Positions 1 to 11,235 of a DNA stretch of 64,000 bases are shown piece by piece; position 1 is the stretch's first letter, and each line of letters starts with the position of its first letter. This DNA is from Chiloscyllium plagiosum (Eukaryota): assembly GCF_004010195.1 (NCBI RefSeq), contig NC_057719.1:84458239-84522238 (forward strand). The letters run 5' to 3'. The position numbers and the translations under genes were made by a program. The notes under the pieces were generated by a model that saw nothing but the letters and a program-made list of their open reading frames with translations, was not told the DNA's origin and searched no databases.

Positions 1-430
1 CTTTGGGTACCTACATGACTGTCTCTTTGTGGGCTATATGAAACATTTCTTGTTGTAGTTCTACTCGGGCTCCAACTCACAATTCTTTCTCAACGACATT
101 GATGTTGTCATCAGTCCTGCTTCCTGCTCTTATCCGATATTAGAAAAATTCATCAATTTTCTATCCAATTTCCATCCTCCTCTCAACCTTCACCTGATCC
201 GTTTATGACTTTTCCCTTCCTTTCCTTGACTTCTCTGTTTCCATGTCTGGGAATAGGTCATCCACCAATATACACTAAAAAGCCACAACCTCCCATATGT
301 ACTTCTTCACACATTGCTTCCTGCAGGTATTCCATTCTATTCTCTGCAGATGCTGCCAACCCTGCTGGGTTTCTCCAGTACTTCCTGTCTTTATTTCAGA
401 TTTACAGCATCTACAACATTTTGCTTTTAT
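1..430 (+). mobile_element. Degenerate Penelope-like RT fragment and terminal tail
   Basis: Similar to 8990-9330 and ends in the shared GATGCTGC..CCTGCTG tail. Confidence 0.6.
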
Positions 431-614
431 TGTGATCATCTAGCACTTGGATGAGGTAGGGATTCCTTTTGGCAGCTGCAGCTGTACATCCTTTTTTAGG
501 ATCACCTCAGCTAACCCTTTATTGGGGAGGGAACTTGGAAAGGTGCCATAAACATAATCCACCTCAGCTCATCCAGCTGGATAGCAGTGTCCCGATGGAT
601 CACCTGCTTTGATG

Positions 615-820
615 AAGTTAAAAGTTACACAACGCCAGGTTATAGTCCAATAGTTTATTTGGAAGCACGAGCTTTCGGAGCACTGCTCCTTCATCAGTTA
701 GTTGCCTGATGAATGAGCAGCGCTCTGAAAGCCAGTACCTCCAAATAAACCTGTTGGACTATAACCTGTTATGTGATTTTTAACTTTGTCCACCCAAATC
801 CAACACTGGCACCTCCATAG
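615..820. mobile_element. Palindromic (inverted) Penelope-type terminal-repeat cassette with two hammerhead motifs
   Basis: About 616-697 is the reverse complement of about 706-787; same family as 44710-44830 and 52890-52982. Confidence 0.7.
666..699 (-). ncRNA. Hammerhead ribozyme motif (degenerate mirror copy on + at about 705-735)
   Basis: Minus strand CTGATGA-A-GGAGC(AGT)GCTCC-GAAA-GC-TC; stem I weak. Confidence 0.6.
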
Positions 821-2083
821 CATATCTTCTTCAATGAAGAAAACACAGGAGATATAAATATAGATATTTGCTAATCAGTCTGTTTATAAATGTCATGACA
901 CACCTCTGGAGCTGATGGGACTTGAACCCAGGCTTCCAGATTTGAAGTTAGGGGTACCACGGCACTGAAGATCCCCTATACAAATGTATTAAAGTTTGGC
1001 ACTTGAAAACATAAGCACACTTCTGTGAGTGAATGCCTGAAATGTCACATTACAAACCCCAGTGACGTGACCTCAATGTACCCTGAGAGACAGCCAGTGA
1101 GCTAAGAGGGCAGCTCAAAGAAAACTATACTTCCTTCTGAAAGGGAAAATCACAGGATTTCACTCCAATTACAAAAGGAAAATTCTGTGAAGAATGTGAG
1201 AGTTCAAGAGCTGGATTTGTCATCAAGAATTAACTTGCCAGCCAGCTTCTTGAGTTTAATCTTGGAAGAAATGAGTGCCTTATAACCTTTTATCTCATAC
1301 TGGCAGAGTGTGCCACCACGATCAGTGAATATGTTCTAACCATGCAATATTCCTCTGCCAAACTTGACCAAACTGCCTTTGATTGTCTTCTCAGTGATGA
1401 AAGGGATTCAAATCTCTGATATGGCAGCATGGGCCGCAACCTATCGACTGTCTTGCTCCTCAAATGCTGCCTGACGTGCTGTGCTTTTTCCACAATTTAT
1501 CGATTCTGACATCTCCAGCATCTGCAGTCCTCACTATCTCCAAGGAATTTGAAATGCCAACTTCAGCAGCATTCTTCTGTTTCCCAAATATGCAGAACAA
1601 GGGAATATCATCCCCGATACGCTTCCAGTAGAACAGCAACTCACATGGCGATTTGGATAATTACATAACCATCCATGCTTGGAATTACAAAGATGTCTGT
1701 ACCATCAGAGCAATGACAGAAGTTGATGACTGATGAACCAAGCAATGGTTTATTTCTTCAATCATGTACATTAAATGATAGAAGGATCAAAAAAGATGTT
1801 CATGCAGCTCTGAAGGATCCAATCGAATCATACCAATTCCAAGGTGCCTTGGGTAGGGAGGCTGGGGGATGAGGTGGGTAGAGCTGAAAAATGTGTAGCT
1901 GGAAAAGCGCAGCAGGTCAGGCAGCATCCATGGAGCAGGAGAATCGACGTTTCGGGCATAAGCCCTTCTTCAGGAATGAGGAAGGTGTGCCAAGCAGGCT
2001 AAGATTAAAGGTAGGGAGGAGGGACTTGGGGGAGGGGCGTTGGGAATGCGATAGGTGGAAGGAGGTTCAGGTGAGGGTGATAG

Positions 2084-2607
2084 NNNNNNNNNNNNNNNNN
2101 NNNNNNNNNNNNNNNNNNNNNNNNNNNNNNNNNNNNNNNNNNNNNNNNNNNNNNNNNNNNNNNNNNNNNNNNNNNNNNNNNNNNNNNNNNNNNNNNNNNN
2201 NNNNNNNNNNNNNNNNNNNNNNNNNNNNNNNNNNNNNNNNNNNNNNNNNNNNNNNNNNNNNNNNNNNNNNNNNNNNNNNNNNNNNNNNNNNNNNNNNNNN
2301 NNNNNNNNNNNNNNNNNNNNNNNNNNNNNNNNNNNNNNNNNNNNNNNNNNNNNNNNNNNNNNNNNNNNNNNNNNNNNNNNNNNNNNNNNNNNNNNNNNNN
2401 NNNNNNNNNNNNNNNNNNNNNNNNNNNNNNNNNNNNNNNNNNNNNNNNNNNNNNNNNNNNNNNNNNNNNNNNNNNNNNNNNNNNNNNNNNNNNNNNNNNN
2501 NNNNNNNNNNNNNNNNNNNNNNNNNNNNNNNNNNNNNNNNNNNNNNNNNNNNNNNNNNNNNNNNNNNNNNNNNNNNNNNNNNNNNNNNNNNNNNNNNNNN
2601 NNNNNNN
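2084..2607. other. Assembly gap (524 N)
   Basis: Run of N. Confidence 0.99.
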
Positions 2608-2821
2608 ATTTCCCCTCCCCCCACCTTAACTCAGTCCCAACCCTCGGACTCAGCACTGCCTTCTTGACCTGCAATCTTCTTCCCAACCTTTCCGCGCCCC
2701 CACCCACTCTCCAGCCTATCACCCTCACCTTAACCTCCTTCCACCTATCGCATTCCCAATGCCCCTCCCCCAAGTCCCTCCTCCCTACCTTTTATCTTAG
2801 CCTGCTTGGCACGCCTTCCTC

Positions 2822-2858
2822 ATTCCTGAAGAAGGGCTTATGCCCGAAACGTCGATTC
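2822..2858 (+). ncRNA. Hammerhead ribozyme motif in a Penelope-type terminal repeat (mirror copy on the - strand at about 1942-1977)
   Basis: ATTC-CTGAAGA-A-GGGC(TTAT)GCCC-GAAA-CG-TC-GATT; core intact, stem I imperfect. Confidence 0.7.
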
Positions 2859-4229
2859 TCCTGCTCCTTGGATGCTGCCTGACCTGCTGCGTTTTTCCAG
2901 CTATACATTTTTCTGCTCTGATCTCCAGCATCTGCAGCTATGCCCAAAACGTCGATTCTCCTGCTCCTTGGATGCTGCCTGACCTGCTGCACTTTTCCAG
3001 CAACACATTTTTCAGAGTGTATATCTAGGCCAAGTTTCACCATCCATCAATTAACATACTTATAGTTTATCATAAACCCTTGTGCAATGGACAGTGGGCC
3101 TTAGGGGCTTTTGTGGTGCAATGGTAGAGTTCCTGTTTCTGAAACAGAAAGATCCAGATTCAAGTTATGCTTGGTCCAGAGGTGTACAGTAGAACTCTGA
3201 ACAGGTTGATTAGAAGTATCTGTTAATTGGGCAAGCATTTGATGCAAATATGTACACATTCAATGAAGAGCCTGAATATCATAGGAAGGTAAGTAGTTAA
3301 TTTATTTTTCTGAACTGAGTTGGAAACAGGGATTCCGACACAGACTGGAAGATCTAAGTATGTATCTCGACTGATATCAAATCCAGTTCACTCACAATGA
3401 AACTCCCAAAGCATTGGTACTTTAACCAGCGGACCATTGCATTCACTCCAGACCAGAATCTCATGAGCATTCTCAGGGTTTATGATTAGGAATTACAACC
3501 AACCTTTCAGGAAGTCAATAGCATCACATACTACGTGGAGCCTTTTCTCTTAAATGTTGGAGTTAGTTTTCAGAAACAAAATCTGCTAAACGAAATAAAC
3601 AGTGAACGGTAGTGACTACTAAAGGAAACTGTGACTAATGGGGAGCTCCATAACGGAAGTCTGAGGACCTTGACCAACTCTCCTTCAACTTGTCAAATTT
3701 GGAGAGATGCTGAAACAACAGCATCTTGATTATAATTAAACATCCCAAAGCACTTCACACAAATGTAATCAAGCAAAATTCGACAATGAGCCACATAAGG
3801 AGATATTAGGAAAAAAATCCTGCTCGATGAGATAGATTTTAAGAAGTGTTTTAAAGGCCAAGGGAAAAACAGAGAGCTGTCGGGAGGAAATAGAACGCAC
3901 GAGTGAAAGTTGAAGGCACAGCTGGAAAACATGAGTTATTATAAACAAGGATCCCCAAGAGACCAGAAATGAAAGAAAGCAGAAGTCTCTGGGAATAGAT
4001 TGAAAATCAGACAGGCGTGTATCTTTAAAATAGTTACATGATGTCATCACATGTAACATTCCAGCACAAAGGCACCAGCCTTGCCTTCAGTCACTCTCTC
4101 AAGGCAGTAGTTTGTTACATAATGTAACAGTCAGTTACATAATGTACAATAAAACCTTCCTCAAATCCCATCCAAACCTCCTGCTCTTAACTCAAAACCA
4201 CACCCCCTGGTTATTGAAAGGTAACTTCC

Positions 4230-6050
4230 TGTCCACCATATTTATGCGCCACAGAATTTTGTATACCTTAACAGATCCTGACTCAGCCTTTTCAGCTCAA
4301 AGAAAATAAGCCCAAATGATCTAATCTTTCTTCATAGCTGATTTACTCCGGCCCAGATGGCATCCTGGTGAATCTCCTCTGCACTTTCTCGAGTGCAGTC
4401 ACACCAATTCTATAGTATGGCAACCAAAACTATACATTGTACTCCATCTGAGGCCTAACTAATGTTTTAAATATCTCTATATCTCCTTGCCCTTGCATTC
4501 AATACCTTGGCTAATAAAGGTGAATATCTCTAAGTCTTCTTAGTCATCTTGTCCAACTTTCCTGCTTTCTGTAAGGATCCATGCATATGCACACCAAGGA
4601 TGCTCTGATCCTTTGTACTTCCTAGGGTCATATTATTCATTGTGTACTTCCTTACCATGTAGTCCTCCCAAAATGCATCATTCCAGGATTAAAATTGCTT
4701 TCCTCTTCACTGTTACCATACCACTAATTTTTATGTCATCTTCAAACTTAATGACTAACCTTCTATATGTCTACACATATCTAGGTCATTAATGTGCATT
4801 ACAGACAGCAAGGGATCCAGCACCAAACCTTGTGGTATCAGGCTATCAGTTACAAAAACACCCTTCAACCTCACCCTCTTCTTCCTGCTACAAAGCCAAT
4901 TTTGGATCAAATTGCCAAATTGGCTTGTTGGACATGTGCTCTTAGTTTCTTAACCAGTCTGCCATGTGAGAACTTGTCAAAATCCAGACTGAAGTCCATG
5001 TAGACTACATCAACTACACTACCTTCATCTAACACCTCGTTACCTCCTCAAAAAACACAGTCAAACATGATCTCTCCCCTAACAAAGTCCTGCTCAATAG
5101 TCTTGATTAATTCTTATCTCTCCAAGATCAATTCTGTTCCTCAGAAATGTTTCCAATAGTTTCCCAATACTGATATTCGACTCTGGCCTGTAGTTTCCTT
5201 ATTTATCTCTATTACCCTTCTTGAATAATGGTATTACATTAGATGTCCCCCAGTCCACTGGAATCTCTTCTGTGGCTAGAGAAAATTTGAAAATTAATAT
5301 CATGTAATCTCCTCTTTTGCATCCCATGGCAGACTGATACTGATTTCATCTGGGCCTGTTGGTTATCTACTTTCAAGACCACTCTAAAACTGCTTATACC
5401 TCCTCTTCAATGCTAATTTGTTCACGTATATCACTGTCCTGCTCCCTGATTTATATACCTATCTCATCCTTCTCTATATGGAATGGAGGTTCAAAGTACT
5501 CATCTAAATCCTCAGCAATGTCTTCTAGCTCCACACATAGATTGCCACTTTGGTCCTTAATTGGCCCAACTCTTTTCCTCATTATTTTCTTACTCCTAAA
5601 ATACTCCTAAAACATCTTTGGATTTCCTTAATGTTACCCACCAGTATTTTTTCATGCCCCCTCTTTCTATTAATTTCCTTTTTAAGCAAACACCGCTCTT
5701 TCTTTATTCCTCTAGGCCATGCATTGTTTTTAAGCCTTCGGTATCTACCATAAACTATTTGTTTTTTCCCCTTGTCCAACTCTACACATCCAGGTTACTT
5801 TGGAATTGTTGGTCCCATGGGAACATGTTGGTCTTGTGCTCTCAGGTTTACCATTCTGAATGTCTCTCAGTGCTCTGACATGGATTTTCGTCCAAGCTGC
5901 TCCCAGTTCACTTTGTAGTTTGGCCAGATCCTGTCTTATTAAAATTAGTCTTCCTCATTTCAGAACATTTAGTTCCAGTTCATTATCTGTAATTACCTTT
6001 GAATTAAGGTCACTATCACCAAAATGCTTCATCACTGACATATCTTCCAC
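4230..6050 (-). mobile_element. Old, fragmented CR1-like LINE (boundaries approximate)
   Basis: Degenerate similarity to the younger CR1 copies (e.g. GACTGAAGTCCATGTAGAC = VYMDFS on the - strand). Confidence 0.6.
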
Positions 6051-6051
6051 T

Positions 6052-7360
6052 TAGAGTCATAGAGTCATAGAGATGTACAGCATGGAAACAAACCCTTCGG
6101 TCCAACCCATCCATGCTGACCAGATATCCCAACCCAATCTAGTACCACCTGCCAGCACCTGGCCCATATCCCTCCAAGCCCTTCCTATTCATATACCCAT
6201 CCAGATGTGTTGCCATTGTACTAGCCTCCACCACTTCCTCTGGCAGCTCATTCCATATATGTACCACCTTCTGCATGAAAAAATTGCCCCTTTGGTCTCT
6301 TTTATATCTTTCCCCTCTCACCCTAAACCTATGCCCTTTAGTTCTGGACTCCCTCACTCCAAGGAAAGGACTTTGTCTATTTATCCTATCCATGCACCTC
6401 ATGATTTTATAAACCTCTATAAGGTCACCCCTCAGCCTCTGACACTCCAGGGAAAACAACCTCAGCCTATTCAACCTCTCCCTATAGTTCAAATCCTCCA
6501 ATCCTGGCAACATCCTTGTAAATCTTTTCTGAACCCTTTCAGGTTTCACAGCAACTTTCCAATAGGAAGGAGACCAGAATTGCACACAATATTCCAACAG
6601 TGGCCTAACCAATGTCCTGTACAGCCACAACATGACCTCCCAACTCCTATACTCAATACTCTGACCAATAAAGGAAAGCATACCAAACGCTTGCTCACTA
6701 TGCTATCTACCTGTGACTCCACTTTCAAGAAGCTATGAACCTGCACTCCAAGGTCTCTTTGTTCAGCAACACTCCCTCGGACCTTACCATTAAGTGTATA
6801 AGTCCTGCTAAGATTTGCTTTTCCAAAATGCAGCACCTCACATTTATCTAAATTAAACTCCATCTGTCACTTCTCAGCCCACAGGCCTATCTGATCAAGA
6901 TCCTGTTGTAATCTGAGGTAACCCTCTTCGCTGTCCACTACCCCTCCAACTTTGGTATTGTCTGCAAACTTACTAACTATACATCTTATGCTCACATCCA
7001 AATCATTTATATAAATGATGAGAAGTAGTGGACCCAGCACCGATCTTTGTGGCACTCCACTGGTCACAGGCCTCCAGTCTAAAAAACAACCCTCCACCAC
7101 CACCATTTCTCTTCTACCTTTGAGCCAGTTCTGTATCCAAATGGCTAGTTCTCCTTGTATTGCATGAGATCTAACCTTGCTAATCAGTGACTCCACTGGT
7201 CACAGGCCTCCAGTCTGAAAAACAACCCTCCACCACCGTCCTTTGTGTTCTCCCTTTTGAGCCAGTTCTGTATCCAAATGGCTAGTTCTCCCTGTATTCC
7301 ATGAGATCTAACCTTGCTAATCACTGTCCCATGGGGAACCTTGTTGAATGCCTTACTGGT
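6052..7360 (-). mobile_element. 5'-truncated CR1 (HER1-like) LINE with internal tandem duplication
   Basis: RT motifs SGVPQ.SVLGP, INDLD, SKFADNTK, LVRPLLEYCVQFWSP; (TAGAGTCA)n 3' tail at 6052-6072; 7057-7186 repeated at about 7192-7322. Confidence 0.9.
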
Positions 7361-8829
7361 CCTTAAAATTAAATCCATCATCACCCTCTTTAGTCAGACT
7401 TTCTACACGCTAGCTTAAATACTCTCCTGGACACATTTTTAGAATTCTGTCCCCTCTAAGCCTTTCACACTAAACTGTTCTTACTTACATTTCGGGAATT
7501 GACTTTGTGTATCTGGCAGGAGGTAGAATGGAAACTGCATAAAGCTGAGGCAAAATGAAGTAACAATGAGAGGCCTCTCACTGCTTACTGGTGAGAATAG
7601 GGGCATGTTTTCAAACTCATGTTCCTTCCAACTCGGCACCACCTTCTTGAACTGTCCAATTGTTCGAAACATCGATTCTCCTGCTCCTTGGATGTTGCCA
7701 ATCCAGTGCCACACTTTTTGACCAAGAGCAGGAGTAGTAAATTCAGGTCCTCAAATTCCCTTGCCATTCAATATGATCATGGTTGATCTCACCTACCCCT
7801 CAACTCCACTTTCCTGTTTGTTCTCCATAACCATTCAACCCATGACTAATTAAAAATCTGACTAGGTTCTCCTTAAATTTACTCATCTAGCTTCTCATCT
7901 TGCTGGTCTCAGCAGTCTTATCCTGCTGGCCAACACTTCATTGGAAAATGGGACTTTCTTGCTTTTAACATCAAGGAGTTCCCCACTGCCAATTTTACAT
8001 GGTTTTTCCAACTTTTGAGAATGCCCAAGTTATTCAGTGCCTGGGAAGTTTGTGTCCCATTGTGTCTTGGGAGGTATGCACTGTCTCTCACTCAAAAGCT
8101 ACCACCAGCAAATTATTAAAACAATTCTTAAAAACTGTAATCCCATGTCCCTTATCATGGCTCAACTCGACCATACAAAGCTCATCCAAATTCTGTTCCC
8201 CCATTTACACATCAAAACCTTTCCCCCACCATCCTTGTGTTTAGTGACCTACAGTAGCTCCTGCACAAGTCATGTCTTGATTTTAAATTTATCTTCCATG
8301 TTTTCAAACTCATGTTCCTTCTGTCTGTAATCTCCTCTGTCCATGCAACTTTCCGTGAGATTTCCACATTCTTTTAATTCCAACCTCTTGTGGAGCCACA
8401 ATTTGAATTAATTATTCCTTAAGCCAGCTTGGTTCTGAGCTCTGGAATATCCAACCTAAACCCGACCATTTATCTACCTCGATTTCCTCGACTTATTAAA
8501 TCCTACCATTTTGACAAAGCTTTTGGTCTCCTGACCTGATATATTTATGTGATTTGTTGTCATATTTTGTCTCACAGTGCTCCTGCCCTGGAGTGTTTTG
8601 GGATGTTTAATGTTAAAGGTGCTATATAAATCTATGTGGTTGTTATTGTTGTAATCTCTGGCCTGCTTTCTTGAGATCTCTTCCTTTCTGGACTCAGTCT
8701 TTTCTCACCTGCCCATACACATCCATGATTCCTCTGTTGCTGTACGCCAGTTTTAGAATTTCCAAGTTGCAGGTTCCAGCCACTTCCTCTATACCTGTGG
8801 ACGTGCAATTCCTTAACACATCCATCTGC

Positions 8830-10412
8830 CACTAGGATGGTCTCAGGACTCTGCGTTTCTTCCTGGAGCAAAGGCCTGAACCATCCACACCCTCCTCAAC
8901 TTGGCCGAGTTCGTTCTCACTCTTAACAACTTCTCTTTTAACTCCTCTCATTTTCTTCAGGTCAGAAGGGTGGCCATGGGTACTCACATTGGCCTCAGTT
9001 AGGCCTGTCTCTTTGTGGGGTACATGGAACATTCCTTGTTGCAGTCCTATTCTGGCCCCCACCCTCAACTCTTTCTCTGATATATCAATGCTGCTTCCCT
9101 CTCTTGTCCAGAATTGGAAAATCTCATCAATTTCCCTTCCAATTTCTACCCTGCTGTCACTTTCATTGGTCTAGCTCTGATTCCTCTTGGTATCTTCCCT
9201 TCCTTGGTATCTCTGTTTCCATTTCTGGGGATAGACTGGCCCCTAATATTCACTATAAACCCACTGATTCCCACAGCTACCTGACTATTCAACCTTAGCA
9301 CCCTGTGTCCTGTAAAGGCTCAATTCATTCTCTCAGTTCCTCTGTCTCCATCATATATATTCCAATGAAGCAAATTTCGACAAGGGAGCCCCCAAAATGT
9401 CCACCTTCTTTCTCAACCAATGACTCCCCAGCACCATTGTCAACAGGCTCTCAACCAGATCTGACCACTCCCATACTTCCGCCCTCACCTCCTCTCTTAC
9501 CTCCAGCAACAGTGATAGGGTTCCCCTTGTCCTTACCTACCATCCAACCAGCATCCACATCCAGAGGATCATCAGCAGTCATTTCCACCACCTCCAGCAA
9601 GATGTCACCACCAGACACATATTCCCCTCCCCTCCCTTATCCGCCTTCCACAGGGATCATTCCCTCCAGGACATCCTGTCCATTTACTTCCTCCCTCCTG
9701 AGTATCCAAGGGCCCAAACATACCTTTGAGGTAAAACAGCACTTTACCTGGATGTCTCACAATCTAATCTACTGCATTCGCTGCTTATGATGTGGTCTCC
9801 TCTACATTGGGGAAACAAAGCATAGACTGGGTGACCGCCTCACAGAATGTCTACATTCTACCAGCAAAAAAGAACTTCCACTTGCCTGCCACTTTAACAC
9901 CCCACCCTGTTCCCTGCCCAACATCTCTGTCTCAGGCTTGCTGTGGTGCTCCAGCAAACTCAGCGCAAGCTGGAAGAACAAAACCACATTTTCCACTTGG
10001 GGTCCCTGCAGCCCTCCGGACTCAATATCGAGTTCAATGAATTTAGGACCTGAGTTCCCCCATGTCCTCATCCCCAACCCCACACACCAGGCCTTGTTAT
10101 CACATTGTCTGCCATTACACACTAATTGTTAGCCACTAACAGTCTCCATTAATAGCTATTCACCCTCCTGCCCAGATCACTATCCACTCCTTTGCCCCTC
10201 CAACTGTTCTTCTCTCTCTTTGGTCTGTATCCCTACCTATCATTTACTCCTGACCCCTTCCCTCACCCTAACTTCTGCATATAAACTGACATTTTCCTAG
10301 CTACTATCCATGCTGAGGAAGGGTCACCTGATCCGAAATGTTAACTTTGATTTCTCTTCACAGATGTTGCCAGACCTGCTGAGCTTCCCCGCAACTTCTA
10401 CTTTTGTTCCTG
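8830..10412 (+). mobile_element. Penelope-like retroelement remnant (RT C-terminus, GIY-YIG endonuclease, terminal repeat with decayed hammerhead near 10313)
   Basis: Frameshifted GVAMGT, IHYKPTDSHSYL, NLIYCIRC..CGLLYIGETKHRL, HFN motifs. Confidence 0.85.
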
Positions 10413-10440
10413 AGAACTGTCTTAGTTTTGACAGGAAAAG

Positions 10441-10533
10441 ACTACAATACCCAGAGTGCCCTGCCTGTTGCTATGGCTGTTGCTAAGGACTGGTTGCTAA
10501 GCTCTGGTTGCTAATTAAACATAGGTTTCCAAT
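10441..10533 (+). promoter_or_regulatory. Probable DRC7 core promoter: ZNF143/Staf-type motif, four GTTGCTA RFX X-box-like half-sites, CCAAT box
   Basis: ACTACAATACCCAGAGTGC at 10441; GTTGCTA at 10467, 10479, 10493 and 10507; CCAAT at 10529-10533. RFX control of ciliary genes is established knowledge. Confidence 0.7.
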
Positions 10534-10616
10534 CAGCATCACAGGCCTGAGGCACTTATATCTTCAAGGAAAAGTCCGAAAAAACTAACAGTTTAGACTA
10601 TTTGGGAATACAGAAG
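10520..10616 (+). other. DRC7: Putative non-coding first exon of DRC7 (start approximate)
   Basis: Strong donor AAG|GTAAGG at 10616/10617 just downstream of the promoter motifs. The first coding exon has an acceptor 6 nt before its ATG, which implies an upstream exon. Confidence 0.55.
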
Positions 10617-10919
10617 GTAAGGGATCATTATTGACATTATTTAATTTATTATGTATTTATTTTACGTACCTTTTCACACAATGAGCCAATTGTTAATTTT
10701 TAATTTGGTGAGTGAGCGAACCAGTTATTCTCATTACATGTAACCTAGGAAGCTTGATCAGTATTAAATTGGTGAGAATGTGTAGCTGCACAGTGTTTGG
10801 TCCCAGGTTATGTAACTTCCTTTGAAGAATAAAGAACAAGTTTCTACAAATCGGGAGGAAGTAGTTCACGTTTAGCTGTTATTTAAGGAATAAATAATGG
10901 GAGACATAAGGGAAGCTAC

Positions 10920-11235
10920 ATTAGATTAGATTCCCTTCAGTGTGGAAACAGTACCTTCGGCCTAACAAGTCTACACCGACCCTCCAAAGAGTAACCCTCC
11001 CAGACCCACTTCCCTCTGACTAATGCCCCTCACACTATGGGCAATTTAGCATGGCCAATTCACCTGAGCTGCACATCTTTGGATTGTGGGAGGAAACTGG
11101 AGTACCTGGAGGAAGCCCACGCAGACACAGGGAGAATGTGCAAACTCCACACAGACAGTCATCCAAGGCTGGAATTGAACCTGGGACCCTGGTGTTGTGA
11201 GGCAGTAGTGCTAACTACTGAGCCACCATGCCACC
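10920..11235 (-). mobile_element. HE1-like V-SINE
   Basis: tRNA-like head, V-domain core (GTGGAGTTTGCACATTCTCCC...CCTCCCACA), (AATCT)n tail. Confidence 0.85.

Larger units (their letters stand above)
1880..3017. mobile_element. Penelope-like element with inverted terminal repeats flanking an assembly gap, plus a short tandem tail copy
   Basis: 1880-2083 is a near-identical reverse complement of about 2716-2918; 2940-3015 repeats the tail. Confidence 0.7.

Noticed and set aside
1891..2882. Long ORFs of 185-275 aa in the ORF track
   Set aside because: Artefacts of translating through the N gap, flanked by repeat sequence.
3511..3608. Short open stretch between CAG and GT (EVNSITYYVEPFLLNVG...)
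   Set aside because: Weak splice signals, no recognisable homology and no partner exons.
6073..6738. 221-aa + strand ORF (and similar MYSMET.. ORFs at 13640 and 33643)
   Set aside because: Antisense reading of the CR1 3' end.
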